This document shows, piece by piece, positions 37,476 to 50,202 of a stretch of DNA of 64,000 nt (position 1 is the stretch's first letter; each line of letters begins with the position of its first letter). This DNA is from Glaucostegus cemiculus (lineage: Eukaryota): NCBI GenBank assembly GCA_976551045.1, contig CDPCPM010000033.1:10354001-10418000 (forward strand). The letters run 5' to 3'. The notes below the pieces were generated by a model. It did not search any database and had not been told where the DNA came from. It saw only the letters and a list, made by a program, of their open reading frames with translations. The translations under genes were made by a program, and so were the position numbers.

Positions 37476-39624
37476 GAGTCCTGTCTTTAACCCTGACACT
37501 CTGGCATCATCCCTTCATGTGAAGATCCTCTTCCTCTGTTAGGTCCGGTCATGCTTCATCACTGAGCTGTGTATTCCTTCTAACCCAAACCCTTGATTAT
37601 CAAGAAGACAACACTATTGGCCATCACCAAGCTATCTCCAGTACCATGGAGGCAATCCTGGAACCAACTTCTTTATCTCCAGATACATTCCCACAAAGAC
37701 TCTATCATCGTGTGGCCTCTTGTGAAGGCAAGGTTACGTCCAGCAAGCTGTTTTGTATGTCCTACTGTTGAGCCTGCCAGCCCAGCTACACAAGGTCCTA
37801 CTTTGATGAAGCAGAAGTACACTTCTGTCTTAGACTTTGTTTTTGCATTATGATAAGCATGTAAACCCTGCATGCTACTTTCCCATGTCCATGATGTCCC
37901 ATTTAAATGCTAAATGTATTTCCTGTAAATATATATTTGTATAGCAAAACTTCACTGATTCAAATCCAATATTCTAAAATACGTTTGCCTTTTGCTTTTT
38001 TGTGCCTTGGGAAAAATTAAAAAAATGAGAGAAATGCCACACAGCCTCTTAATCCTGCTCTACCTTTCGGTGAGATCGTTGTTGATCTACCTTAACTCCA
38101 AACATCTGCCTACTCTCCATAATGTTGGGTAGGAAAGATCAATTAACCTCAGATTTAAAATTATTATTTGAGGGTTCAGAAACAGAATTCCTAACAGGCC
38201 TTCTTAATCAGCTATTATCTCTTTAATCAGGTCGCTTCTGCAAATCATTAAGAGTGTGAGCAATAGTTGTTGAATGAGATCAGTCAATTGGTTGACGTTT
38301 CCTTTGATGTAAATTTCATGCTGCGTGTCCCTTTCCCATGGCTCTTAACTACACAGAAAGCAGATTTTCAGTGAAACTGAAATAAATTGGTATTCTGACC
38401 AATATCAGAGTGGAGTTAGCAAATTGTCCATGGGACCCTATCAGGTAGTTTGGTATTTTCACACAAATTCCTGAAAGTACTTGGGGAATTGCCCGCAATC
38501 CCACATAACATTACCTGGGAAAATACAGGATGTTAATTATTTTTCTCTTTCATTAGTTGTTGCTTGACCTGCTCAATATTTCCATTTTTGTTGTTTCTCG
38601 CAATTTCAGTGTTTTCCTTTTGAAAATGATATGAAAACTTTGATAAACCTATTTTCACCCTTGACATGATATAAATTAATGCAAGGTTTGATACTCGACC
38701 CACAACTTGTATTCTGAAAATAACTTGTGAAAACCTCCTTCATTATCAAAGCCTGTTAGATGAGTTAATACAGCATGGACCTCTGTTTATGTTCTCAGTA
38801 AAAGTCCCTTCCACAATAGACATTTGCACTTTGCTCTCAGTTTTGATATCTTGAGGGTGTAATCCAACTGTAGGAGTTGAGAACCTTGATAGAGATTGCA
38901 ATATTTTTTTTTGTTAAATCACGTCAACCTTTGGAAATGCAATGTGAATCAGAACAAGATCTAACAGCCGTCAATGTATCTGGTTTGTTCAATAAAAGTA
39001 AAGTATGGTTCTGTCAAATTAAGTTCAATTTCACAGAAAATGCAGGAAACATTCAGCAGGTCAGGCAGCATCTGTACAAAGAGAAACAATTAACATTTGA
39101 AGTCTGACACCCTTCATCACATCCGGCAGTTAAGGATGTTTCATTTCCTGCAGTTAAAAGTAATTGGAGAAAAGAAGACTGCTTATTTCACTTGTCAGAA
39201 AATGATCTCTTTTATGACTCTCTGAAGATCCAGCATTATTGGAAATAAACAGATAGAAATTAAATCTTTGAAAGAAGCAATTCTGCCTGACCAAATTCTT
39301 TTTACAATTGCCTTCCGGATGGGAAATAGTTCTACACATACCCTGTTTCATTTCAAGTGACCTATCCAATCTAATCTCTAATGTTTGCATTGTTTCTGCC
39401 CTGGTTTTAAGGCTGGCATTGAATTACACAACGTCCCAATTCTAGGCAAAGAGAGAAAGGCACTGTTGGATCTTCACGGGAGGTAATCTTAGAAAACTGC
39501 TCCTAATGTGAATAGAAATGACTGTCAATAGCATCCCTTCCCTCCAGAAATGCACCTAACTTCCACAAAGAGTTCAGTAATCTGAGCAGGCAGAAAAGGT
39601 AACATAACAACTAAACTCACATTC

Positions 39625-40240
39625 ATAGAGTCATGACAGTTATACAACACAGAAACAGGCCGTTCTACTTTCTATGCATTGCCAATTCAAGAGCTCATAA
39701 AAATACTACTTAAATATTGTGAGAATACCTGTCTCCACAATCAGGCAGTATGTTCCAGATTCCAGCCACATTCTGGGTGTAAATGTTTTTTTCCCAGATT
39801 CCATCTAAATCCCTCAGGCTAAACCTATACTCTCTAGTCTTAGATACCCCACCCATGAGGAAAAGTTCCCTCCTATTTACCCTATCTAATTTTGTATATC
39901 TCCATCAGGTCCCATACAACTACTGCTTAAAGGAAAATCAACCCAGCAATCCAGTTTTGCCTCATAATCTCAGGCAATTTCCTGACTAGTGGAATCCCAC
40001 CCTTCTTTTTGGGTAGCAGTCAGAATTGTAATGATACTCCAACTGCGACATAACCAATACTTTGTTAAGTTGTACTATAGCCTCCCTGGCTAACAAAGGG
40101 AAGCATCTGACAGTGTCCACCTATGCTGCCACCTTCAGAGATCCTTGGACTTAAACAGAGGTCCCTCTGTTTCTCAATACTCTTGAGGGTCTTACAATTC
40201 ATTTTATATGTCCTCCATTATGTGTCATACTCTTTCCTAG
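39625..40240 (-). mobile_element. Decayed CR1 fragment
   Basis: catagagtcat...acagaaacaggcc tail, gttccagatt, ctatttaccctatc, gtccctctgtt.ctc antisense motifs. Confidence 0.55.
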
Positions 40241-41699
40241 AGTCTCTACACATCAGCATATTCTTCAAAATTAAGCACTACAAAATTAGTCCATCAGATT
40301 CTATCGTCGTCAATGCTACAGATACAAAAATAATGCACCTTGTAGAATCTGTAACTGTCTGCCTTCCTTCATCTTGATAAGGTAATTCCACTAGAGCTCT
40401 TACACAGGTTTTCCAGTTCCATTTCACAAATGCATCACAACTAATAGCCTCTACCTAATCCACTCTTTTATGTCAACATGTCCATTGTCTGCGGAAGGAA
40501 ACTCTGCAATAAAGGGGCTGACTCCTCATGAGTAGCTGTTATTTCAACTTCGGTGAAATCATTTTTCTCTTGTCATGAGAGTGCAGTTGGTGGAAATAAT
40601 GTTTTTCCCAGGCCAGTTTACACAGCTGATTCAGCATTCTTGTGGTTTAGCCTTGAGCACATTGTACACTGCTCCTTGCGTACAAGGAGTATAAAAGTAC
40701 AGCTTCCACTTCTACAAATCCACAACAAAAACAAGGGAAAGAGCAACAGGACCAAGCATTTACTGGATGGTAGAACATTCTCCCTACTTTACTGTTTCCT
40801 CAATGAGGATAATGGAAGTAAAGCAGGTGAGGAAGAAGAGACTGGAAATCTTGATGGAAAACCCTCCACAAATACCATAATTCTTAATACTTCTAGCCTA
40901 CACTGCATAGCTTGCTTTTCAACTCTTTTGTGTCCTTTCAATGCCTTTCCCCTGGGGAGTGAATTAGTGTCAGTGAAGATGTGCCAACAATGACTTATTA
41001 TCTTACTGAACAAAAAGAAACAGTAAAGTAGGGAAAATGTTCTACCATCCAGTAAATGTGCTGAAAAATGCGATCATACCAGTTCCCTCTTCCATGCACA
41101 CTGCCCATGTGACAAGTACATTCAGCATTTTCTGCTTTTGTTTCAGCAACTGCTCCAATTACTGCTCTATTTGCACTCTCTTTTCTTAATATACCTAAGT
41201 ACTTCTCTCTCACAGTCTTGCATAGGGGAACATGACTTTTATTTATTTTCCCTTTTAACTTCTACCATCTTGATAATTTCTTGCCATAATGATCATGGAC
41301 ATCAAGGCTAATCTGGCATGTTGGAAAATGTACAAAATATCAAAAAGTGAGCATCCTACAAGGCACTAGGTCTCCAAAAGAAAAACTGTACATTTCCACA
41401 CTTCTATTTATCCTTTAGGCTTTGATGTATTTCATGATATTTTCAATGTGTGGCATTTAGCAATCAGTATATTTTCAGCTTGAGGTTGAAATCTTTGTAG
41501 TAATTGGCTTCTCAAGTCATGGGCATAGAATCAAAGTAATTCTTTATTGTTTAGTTTTAGAGAATTTAAGTCATCGATTTTTTAATCTATTATTCAGCTT
41601 TCTCAATGTTATTTTAAAATCAACATGGGTGTGTTTTTTGGAAATCTTAAATTCATTGAAAGTGAAATCCATAAAATCTTGCTTTTTGTGATTGTTTTG

Positions 41700-42515
41700 C
41701 ACTTAAATGCAGGAACATGATTAAGAAGTTTGCCAAAGAGAGCAGAATTGGCAGTGTGTTTGATAGTGTGGAAAGAAGTATTTGGCTTCAGGGGGAGTTA
41801 AATGAATTCGTTAGGTGGGCACAGAATTTGCAAATGGAATTCTGAAGGAGTGTGAATAAATGTATTTGAAGAGTTCAAACAATGCAAATGAATAAATGAT
41901 AAATGGAAGGATAAAAAGACATGTCTGGAGGACCAGAAGGATTTCAAAGTGCATGCCTAGAAATACCTGAAGGTTTTAGGATAGATATCTACCAGAAGAC
42001 ACAAGAGACTACAGACACTGGAATCTGGAGCAACAAACAATCTGCTGGAAGATCTCAGTGGCTAATGATAAATTTGCAAAAGCTGGAGAACTTTACAGGG
42101 AAGTGTTGACTAGGTTGTGATGGTTTTCTTTGAAGCCAAGGAGACTGGGGGACGGGGTGGAGGGTTGTTGATTTAATTGAAGCATACAAAATTATAAGAA
42201 GCTTAAACAGAGGGAACAGGCATCCATAAATAGTGGGCATAGATTTCTGTCATTTGGTGGAAAGATTAGAGGGCAATTAAGAAAATGTTTTCATTTGACC
42301 CAAAGAGCAGGAGGGCCTAGATCTTGCAGTCTAAAAAGGTAGTGGAAGCAGAAACACCCATCACATTTAAAAAAAATGAGCTCTTGAAGAGCCATAACCT
42401 ACAAGGCTGTGAACAAAGAGCTGGAAAGTGGGAGTAAAGTAGTTAGCTTCATTTAAACCAGTATGGATGTGTTGGGCTGAATGGCCTCCTGCGTCACGTA
42501 GTTCCATGATTCTGA
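41700..42515 (+). mobile_element. Decayed CR1 fragment with a small Penelope-like tail inserted at ~41995-42060
   Basis: KFA..., W...QMEF, DLIEAYKI motifs and gggctgaatggcctcct 3' UTR. Confidence 0.55.
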
Positions 42516-42999
42516 GATACTCCATGTATCATTAGGCTCTGCAAGGGGTAGCAGTTGCTCTGCATGATAGCAAGTCTAAGGGGTGAAGTGTATGGTGTCA
42601 TAGAGCAACCAGTACTCATCAAGAAAGAAAGATCGAGTCACAAAAGAGCTTAAGGCACTGGAGCAAGGGGTTCTGGTATGAACACAGACAGTAAATCTGA
42701 AAATGTGCTTGGGTTAAGTAGAAACAAGATAATGAATGAAAGTTTTCGGTCACAACTGTGCACAGTAGGTGAGATAGATCATAGATAATAATGACTTCAG
42801 TGTCCTACAATTCATCAGGACCAGCTGCCATGAAGTAAAAGAAGAAAATGAAGAAAACATACAACAGTTCAGCCATGATTTGTAAAATGAAAAGTCAGGC
42901 ATTTTGAATGTGCAACCTATTATCATAAATGAAAATCAAAACTAACAGATATTATTAAGTTTGGGTATATCAGAAATAAATGTATGAGTGAGAGAAATT

Positions 43000-43260
43000 A
43001 ACAAACCTGTCTATTATACAGAGAAAATGAATCTAACCAGGCCAATTATAATCCATTCACTTCCTACAATTATCAACAAATTGATGGAAGGAGTCATTAA
43101 TTGTGGCATTAAGTGACACCTACTCTCAAATAATTGGCTTATCAACACTCTATTTAGATTGCACCAGAAATATGCAACACTCTATTACAGCCTTGAAACA
43201 GACATGCATGCAAGAAATTAATACTGGAGGAAAGATGAGAATAGTTACCCTCGACATGAA
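43000..43260 (+). mobile_element. Fragment of the second CR1-group LINE family (RT N-terminal part)
   Basis: Degenerate SNQANYNP..L.TIINKLMEGVIN.GIK.HLLSNN.L. Confidence 0.5.
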
Positions 43261-43384
43261 TTTTGCATTTGACTGTGAGTGACATCAGTGAACAGAAGAC
43301 AAGAGTGTTCAAAGGGTGAGCCCTCCAGCAAGTCACAGCTGATACAAAATAAAATCATTGTTTTTATTGAGAGCCATTCATTGT

Positions 43385-43750
43385 AAACCAGCATTTTCTG
43401 TTTTATTTTAGCTGTCCTTTCTGTGGCAGCCAATTCTACTTGTAGATAAATGACTTTTACATTCCAGGGAAAGGGGGAAGGGCAGACACAGTAAAAGGAA
43501 GGTCTGTGATAGGGTTAAGAGGGAAGGGATTGAATATCTGAAAGTGTAGTCAAGGCTAGTGAAGAACAAAAGAGGAGGGGGTGTAAACTGGAGAAAATGA
43601 ACAAGATTTGAAGTTACTGGAAGGAGAGAAAAAATGCTGGAAATGTGAGATAAAAGTCAGGAATACACATTGTCTGAAATTATTGACCTCAGTGTGAAGT
43701 CCAGAAAAATGTAATGTGCCTAGCTAGAAGATGAGCTGTCACTGAGCTTT
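43385..43750 (-). mobile_element. Penelope-like element relic
   Basis: ctgaaattattgacctcagtgtgaagtccag...gtgcctagct.gaagatgag matches 9845-9915; tail motifs in both orientations (43390, 43630). Confidence 0.45.
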
Positions 43751-44341
43751 TGGGGAGGGGGAATAAATCATCACCAGTAGCATCATAGTGGAGGTGTTGG
43801 AAATTCCAGTGGATGATATTATTCTAAGCCTTGTTCTAAGTTGGTAGAGAAGGTTTTATGAGCTCAACTTAAACTCAATTGTAAAAACTGAATCAGGCAA
43901 TGTTGAAGGCCCTATCACTTTAGCTCAGCCACTGCCCATGGCTGTGGTGGTAATGGTCAGCATGATCTTTTCTATGAAAGTTAAAGACAGCAGGCATATG
44001 TTCTCACTCCGGTTACCTCCTTATACTTCTGATTGACTGTCAGATCTATTTTCTCATTTCAAGGATCTGTTTGTCTCCAGCAAGGGTAGTTGTGTTTGCC
44101 CATCTCTGATTGCCCTTGAGAAGGTGGTGGTGGGCCACATTCTTGAACTGTCACAGTCTTTCTAGTGAGGTTACTCCTGCAATGTTGTTTGATTTAGATC
44201 AACAAAGCTTCTTGAAAATTATTAGAGCTGCATTCATCAGGCAAATGGAGAGTAGTTCTTCACACTTCTGACGTGCCTAGCAGGTGAAATGGCCTTGGGG
44301 TGTCAAGAGGTGAGTCGCTCACTGCAGGATACCAAGCTTCT

Positions 44342-44680
44342 TGTGGTGCAGCTAGTTGAGCAGTAGCCTCACAGCACCAGAGACCTGTGGGTGGTCCTGT
44401 CTTTGGGCGCTGTCTGTGTGGAGTATGCAAATTCTCCTGTGACTTCATGAGTCTGTTCTGAGTGTTCCGGATTCCGCCCATGATCCAAAGACATGCTAGC
44501 TGATAGCTTAATTGGCCATCGTGAATTATCCCAAGTGTGTCAGTGATTGGTAAACTATGGGAAGATTTTTGTTTAAATGGGATTAATGTAGGATTAGTGT
44601 AAATAAATGGATGATGGTCAGTGCAGACTAGGTGGGTCGAAAGGCCTGTTTCCATTCTCTATCTCTCTATGACTCTAGGA
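44342..44680 (+). mobile_element. V-SINE (HE1-like) with CR1-type tail and 5-bp TSD
   Basis: tRNA-like head gtggtgcagctagt...cacagcaccagagacc, decayed V domain (gtgttccggattcc.ccc..atccaaagacatgc), tail gggtcgaaaggcctgtttcc...ctatgactcta; CTTCT at 44337-44341 and 44681-44685. Confidence 0.8.
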
Positions 44681-45543
44681 CTTCTGACCTGTTCCTGTGG
44701 CCGTGGAATTCATGTGGTTGGTCCAGTTGTGAATGGTGACTTCCAGGAATATTAATGGATGAGGACTCGGCAATGTTAATGCCATTAGTGTGAAGTGGAA
44801 ATGGTTGAACTCTCTCTTGTCATTGATGATGGTCATTTCATGGTGCAACTGTTACTTGCCACTTATTGAATGTTGTCCATGTCCTGCTGCATTGCCGAGG
44901 AGTTACAAATGGAATTGAACATTGTGAAACCGTCAGTGAACATTCCCATTTCTAAATTTAGGATAAAATTAAGGTCATTGATAAAGTAGCTGAAGATGAT
45001 CGGTTTAAGCAACTCCTGCATTGATGTCCTGAGGCAGTGCTCCATTGACCTCCAAGAACTACAACCATCTTCCTTTGGATAAAGTAAGACTTCAACCATT
45101 GGTGTCCTTTCCCTTTGATGGTGATTGACTTCGGCTTTACCAGAACACCTTGATGCCACACTTAGTCAAAAGCTGCCTTGCTGTCACTCTCATCTTATCT
45201 CTGACTTTCAGCTCTTTAGGTTTATGGTTGGACAAAGGCTGTGATGAGGTCTAGATTGGAGTGATTCTAGTGAAATGCAAACTGGGCATTGGTGAGTAGG
45301 TTATTAGTGAATAAGTGCAGTTTGATGTCACTGTCAACAACACTTCCACATTTTATGAGTAAACTGATTCAGCAATAATTAGCCAGATTGGATTTGCCCT
45401 GCTTTTTATGAACAGAGTGTACCTGAGCCATTTTTCACATTATCAGCTGGATGCCAGTGTTGTAACTGTACTAGAGGCATAGCTAGTTCTGGAGTACAAA
45501 TCTTCAGTACTACGGCTGAGATGTTTCTGGACACATAGCACTT

Positions 45544-46558
45544 AGAACCATATAGCACTACAGTGCAGAAAACAGGCCATTTGGCCCTTCTGCTCTGTGC
45601 TGAAACTTTATTCCTCTAGACCCATTTACCTGCACCAGTCCATAACCCTCCAGACGTCTCCCATCCATGTAGCTATCCAATTTATTCTTAAAACTCAAGA
45701 GTGAGCCCGCATTTACTACATCAGATGGCAGCCCATTCCATACTCCCACCACTCCTTGAGTGAAGAAGTTCCCCCTAAACCTTTCCCCTTTCACCCTAAA
45801 GCCATGTCCTCTCGTAGTTATCTCTCCTATCTAGGTGGAACAAGCCTACTCACATTAACTCTGTCTATACCCCTCATAATTTTGTAAACCTCTATCAAAT
45901 CTCCCCTCATTCTTCTGTGCTTCAAGCAATAAAGTCCTAACCTGTTCAATCTTTCCCTGTAACTCAACTCCTGAACACCCGGCAACATTCTAGTAAATCT
46001 CCTCTGCACTCTTTCAATCTAACAAATATCCTTCCTATAGTTAAGTGACCAATGTCTTATACAACCTCACCATAACATCCCAACTCCTATACTCAGTACT
46101 CTGATTTATGAATGCCAGGATGTCAAAAGCCTTCTTTACAACCCTGTCTACCTGTGACTCCACTTTCAGGGAATTATGTATCTGAACTCCCTGATCCCTT
46201 TGTTCCTCTGCGCTCCTCAGTGCCCTACCATTTACTGTGTATGTCCTACCTTGATTTGTCCTTTCAATGCAATACCTCACACTTGTCTGCATTAAATTCC
46301 ATCTGCCATTTTCTGGCCAATTCTTCCAGTTGGTTCAGATCCCTCTGCAGGCTTTGAAAGCCTGCCTCGCTGTCCACTATGCCTCCAATCATAGTGTCAT
46401 CAGCAAACTTACTGCTCCAATTTACCACATTATCATCTAGATCATTGATATAGACAACAAACAACTATGGCCCCAGCACAGATCCCTGAGGTACACCACT
46501 AGTCACAGGCCTCCAGTCTGAGAAACAATCATCCACTACCACTCTCTGTCTCCTCCCA
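45544..46558 (-). mobile_element. CR1 LINE 3' ~1 kb, nested in the second-family LINE
   Basis: GRRQRVVV...[19 protein letters not shown]...SKFADDT, WQMEFNADKCEVLH, RRMRGDLIEVYKI. Confidence 0.95.
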
Positions 46559-48925
46559 TTTGCTGCACCCATTTCTCTCAACTGTTTGTTGATTTTGTAT
46601 GGAAAAAATGGAATTGGCCAGAGGCTGGCTCCTGTGATGATAGATACCTTGGGAAGAAACCAAGGTGGATAACTATTGGGCACTCCTAGTTGAACATGCT
46701 TGTAAATGCCTTGGCTTTCTTTAGCACTCATACAGTGGGCCATGCCATCATTGAGGATAGGAATATCCTTAGAGCCTCCTCGTCCTATTCCTCCTGTTAG
46801 ATGTTTGATTGTCCACCAACATTCCTGATTAGAGGTGGTACAACTGCAGAGCTTCAATCTGATCTGTTAGTTGTCATCAGCTTATTCTGTAATAGATTGT
46901 GTCAGTGAGTGCTGTGCAATCTGTGGGAAGACATGACTTTTATGATTGAATAACTAGCAAGGTATGGTGGTGTGAGAGCTGGAAGTGCAGTTTGCTGCAG
47001 CATTTCCTTTGGTGCAGGTGAGGCCAGCTATATAAGCAAGGCCATTAAATTTCTTATGGAGATCAAATAAAACTTCAGATGCTTGAAACAAAAAAATAAA
47101 AAATGCTGCAAGAACTCAGCCAATTAAGCAGCATCCGTGGAAAGAAACAAAACAGTTAACATTTCAGGTCAGGGGCCCTGCCTGAAATTTCTTGTGGTAC
47201 TGTGTCCAAGGACTCGGAGCTTTACAGGTAGCACTGACCACCATGGACACCTCACTGACCATGTAAAGGACATGACCCTTAGTTTGCATGTTTGTTATCA
47301 TTGCTTCCAAAAAGATTGGGAGGGCATGCTCTCCCATGTGGTTCCATTCTTCATTCTTTTCCAGCTCAGATTCACTTTAAGAATGGCTGCCTATACCTGC
47401 TACAGTCACAGTATTCCTCACTTTTAAGAGATGCAGGTTAATTTTAAGCCTAGTTTTAATTGACACAGGTAGACCTGATATTGTTTCCTTGATGATGCAC
47501 GCACACAATCCCCTGAATAATTTGCACCGTGCATTCTGAATTCATTGTAACAAGCAGGCAGCAATGCAGTCAACAAGGGGAGGATATTTGTACACCTCAA
47601 TTACTGCATTTGTTTTGGTGATTTATCATATTTAACCATCATAGAAATCCAACATGAAGGAAGTGTTCAGATTAATTTCTACTACCACTGAAAAATGAAA
47701 TCCTTCAACATTGTCCAGACAAAATGCATTACCTTTCATTAGACTGGGAAAGTGATTTAAATGGTTTAAGAAATTTTTTTAAACCAAATATATTTAGCAT
47801 CATGTTTTCTGCATCCAACCAGAGAAAAAACACCACCATGATGCTGCTTAAAGGAATCCTCTGTTCTTTCCATCACTTTAACATTCTAAGGGATTACTGT
47901 AGTTTTCCTTGATTTTTGTAGAACATGAATTTTCTTCATTTTTCACCTTGTATTACCAATTCAACTGTATCAGTAATCTTAAGCAGATTGTACTCCAGTT
48001 CTGAAATTCATTGCATTTAACTTCAGTTGGATTAATTTTGGGGACAGAGTATATCACTCTGATGTGATGTTATAGTGGGTATGTTGTTACCAACAGGAGG
48101 TGAATTTCTAGCCAATCAGCTTTTCAGAATTTAATTTCCCATTGATATGAATTCTTACATTGTTGTAGAAGCTACAAAAATAGCTCAAGTAAATAGACAC
48201 ATTCTCAGAAATGTTGAATGAGCCATAGCACTTGACAGCTGAGACATTCATTACTTATGAATAACCCCATGCATTTTGATGTCTTTCACCACTGAGAGAA
48301 AAAACGTAATGCAAATAATAAAGCAAAGTAGAATGGTGAGACAGAGAGCTCAGGACTGTAAAGACTTTATTATTTAGACAATGATTCCCCAGGTGTTTAA
48401 TGTTACTGTGGTGGCAGGATGTTTTAAAGATCCAGTGCTTTCTTTGGCAGTGGAATATATTAGATATATTATACATTCTGATATATTTATGAAATATATC
48501 CCTCTCCATGTGGCCAATGTGACATCAACAAACTAAACCAAAAACGTTAAGATGATATATGGAAAGGTTCTGCATTATTTTCCTTGCTATGATTGCATGC
48601 AAAAAGGTTGGAGAGGGGTTAATGTAAAATATCTTGCCAATTCATAGCATGCTACAAGCAGATGCAACTCTCTAAGTTTCACCTTATGACCTATTTTAAG
48701 ATTAAACTCAGTAGTTCTTAATAGTATGGAAATAATTTAAGTCATGAGAACCTTACTCCAGCTTGCAGCAGGAATATCAACTACCGACAAAACTACATAT
48801 CAAGTGAATGAATGCCATAGATTTTCCCAGAGGAATAAAACTGAAACGATTTCTTTTTGATAAAACTACATTCCAATGTTAAAATTATTAAGCATTTCAC
48901 CTGACTTGTGTTTTTCATTTTCCAG

Positions 48926-49000
48926 GTAACTTTCAAAGCAACAAAATACTCTGTCTCCCCAGATCTCAGATTTGTTCTTCTTGCATATGATGTCAAACAG
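48926..49000 (+). CDS. DPP10: DPP10 coding exon (75 nt; corresponds to human exon 5)
   Basis: tttttcattttccag| acceptor and GTAAGA donor at 49001. Translates VTFKATKYSVSPDLRFVLLAYDVKQ, matching recalled human DPP10 VTFKASRHSVSPDLKYVLLAYDVKQ. Joins in frame (phase 0) to the 20916-21010 exon. Not in the ORF track. Confidence 0.95.
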
Positions 49001-49731
49001 GTAAGACATTATTTAATTGAGTAAAATTGAAACTTTTAAATAGCTGTCTATAAAGTGCCTTGTTCACTGATTTCACAGCTGTAACGTATAAGATAAAGAT
49101 GTCAGAATACTTATTGGAATGTTCCCAGCTATTACCTAGTTTTGATTATTTTGATTATTATCATAAAAATGAGGATACAAGTATTTTCTGGGCATTATAT
49201 ATATTTTCCAATGCAAATTTATTCTGTTCATTCCTGCTGCAGGAAATGGAGGTTTGCATCAGCTCAAAGCAGATTGCATTGCATCATCTAGGCATTTGAC
49301 AAGGTCCCGCATAGTCGGTTAATCAAGAAAGTTCGGATACATGGAGTCAGTGGAGAATTGGCTGTGTGGATCCAGAACTGGCTTGTCCGAAGAAGACAAA
49401 GGGTGATGGTTGAAGGAACTTATTTGGGCTGGAAGCCTGTGAGTAGTGGTGTTCCGCAGGGCCCTGTGCTGGGACCTCTGCTGTTTGTGATGTACATAAA
49501 TGACCTGGATGAGTATGTTGATGGATGGGTTAGTAAATTTGCAGATGATACCAAGATTGGTGGAGTTGTGAATAGTGTAGAAGACTGACGATACAGCATG
49601 ACACAGATCAACTGCAGATGTGGGCAGAGAAATGGCAGATGAAGTTTAACCCAGATAAATGTGAGGTGTTGCTCCTTGGTAGGACTAATGTCAAGAGGCA
49701 GTACACTCTTAAGGGCAAGACCTTTAAGAGC

Positions 49732-49752
49732 AGAGAGAGAGAGAGAGAGAGA
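49732..49752. repeat. (AG)n microsatellite expanded inside CR1
   Basis: Replaces the cagagggatctt (QRDL) segment seen in other CR1 copies here. Confidence 0.85.
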
Positions 49753-49793
49753 TCTTGGAGTGCAAGTTGATGGCTCATTGAAAGTGGCTACAC

Positions 49794-50202
49794 TGTCCTG
49801 ATTCTGAGTACTGGCCCTTGATTTGGTTCCTTAGATGTCTCGTTGTACAGCACATGGATTCCATGCTGGACTGATTGCATAATGACACACACCTGAGCCC
49901 CATCAGGGGCCTAGCATAAGTACCTGGGTTTCTCTAGCACTAGTTGCCAGAGGATTCATCAACTTTCAGGTATACTGTGGCTCCTAGCTTCTTAGAGTGG
50001 TCTACTCCAGAGCAGTCCTGTGTTCTCTATTCCTGCTTGAAGATTCAGTTTGTATTGGAATTACTGCTCAGATCTCCAAGGCAAGATTTCCTTCCAGTTG
50101 CTGCCTGCGTTTGGTCCTGAGGAAGTATCCTGACTCCAGTTTTGTACCAGTGTAACACATTGGGGTTCTCTGTGATCTTGCTCTTCAATCAACATTGTGA
50201 CA
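49794..50202 (+). mobile_element. Solo LTR (family A) with 5-bp TSD
   Basis: TGTC...TGACA termini; TACAC at 49789-49793 and 50203-50207. Removing the LTR and one TSD restores CR1 aaagtggctacacaagtagatagggtgg (KVATQVDRVV). Confidence 0.92.

Larger units (their letters stand above)
44080..46890 (-). mobile_element. Second CR1-group LINE family copy, host to two nested insertions
   Basis: WHQGVLVK..SI.IKGK..QWLKSY..QRKMVVV.GGQ.S, FSYFINDL...MGMFTDG.TMF...MQQDMDNIQ, WW.IK.LTGG..SK.IPILNDG. Host sequence rejoins across 44342-44680 and 45544-46558. Confidence 0.75.

Noticed and set aside
40553-40993. 146-aa ORF (and similar 60-130 aa ORFs, e.g. 60895-61266, 10020-10364)
   Set aside because: No recognisable domain or splice-consistent homology; this length is expected by chance.
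20916-49000. DPP6, DPP4 or FAP as the gene identity
   Set aside because: GHVIKLNI.TN.T..LLEN.TF and VTFKA...SVSPDL..VLLAYDVKQ match recalled DPP10 far better than its paralogues.
10435-50202. One giant 40-kb LTR element bounded by the two LTR A copies
   Set aside because: The second copy has its own TSD inside a CR1, the outer flanks do not match, and the interval contains host exons.
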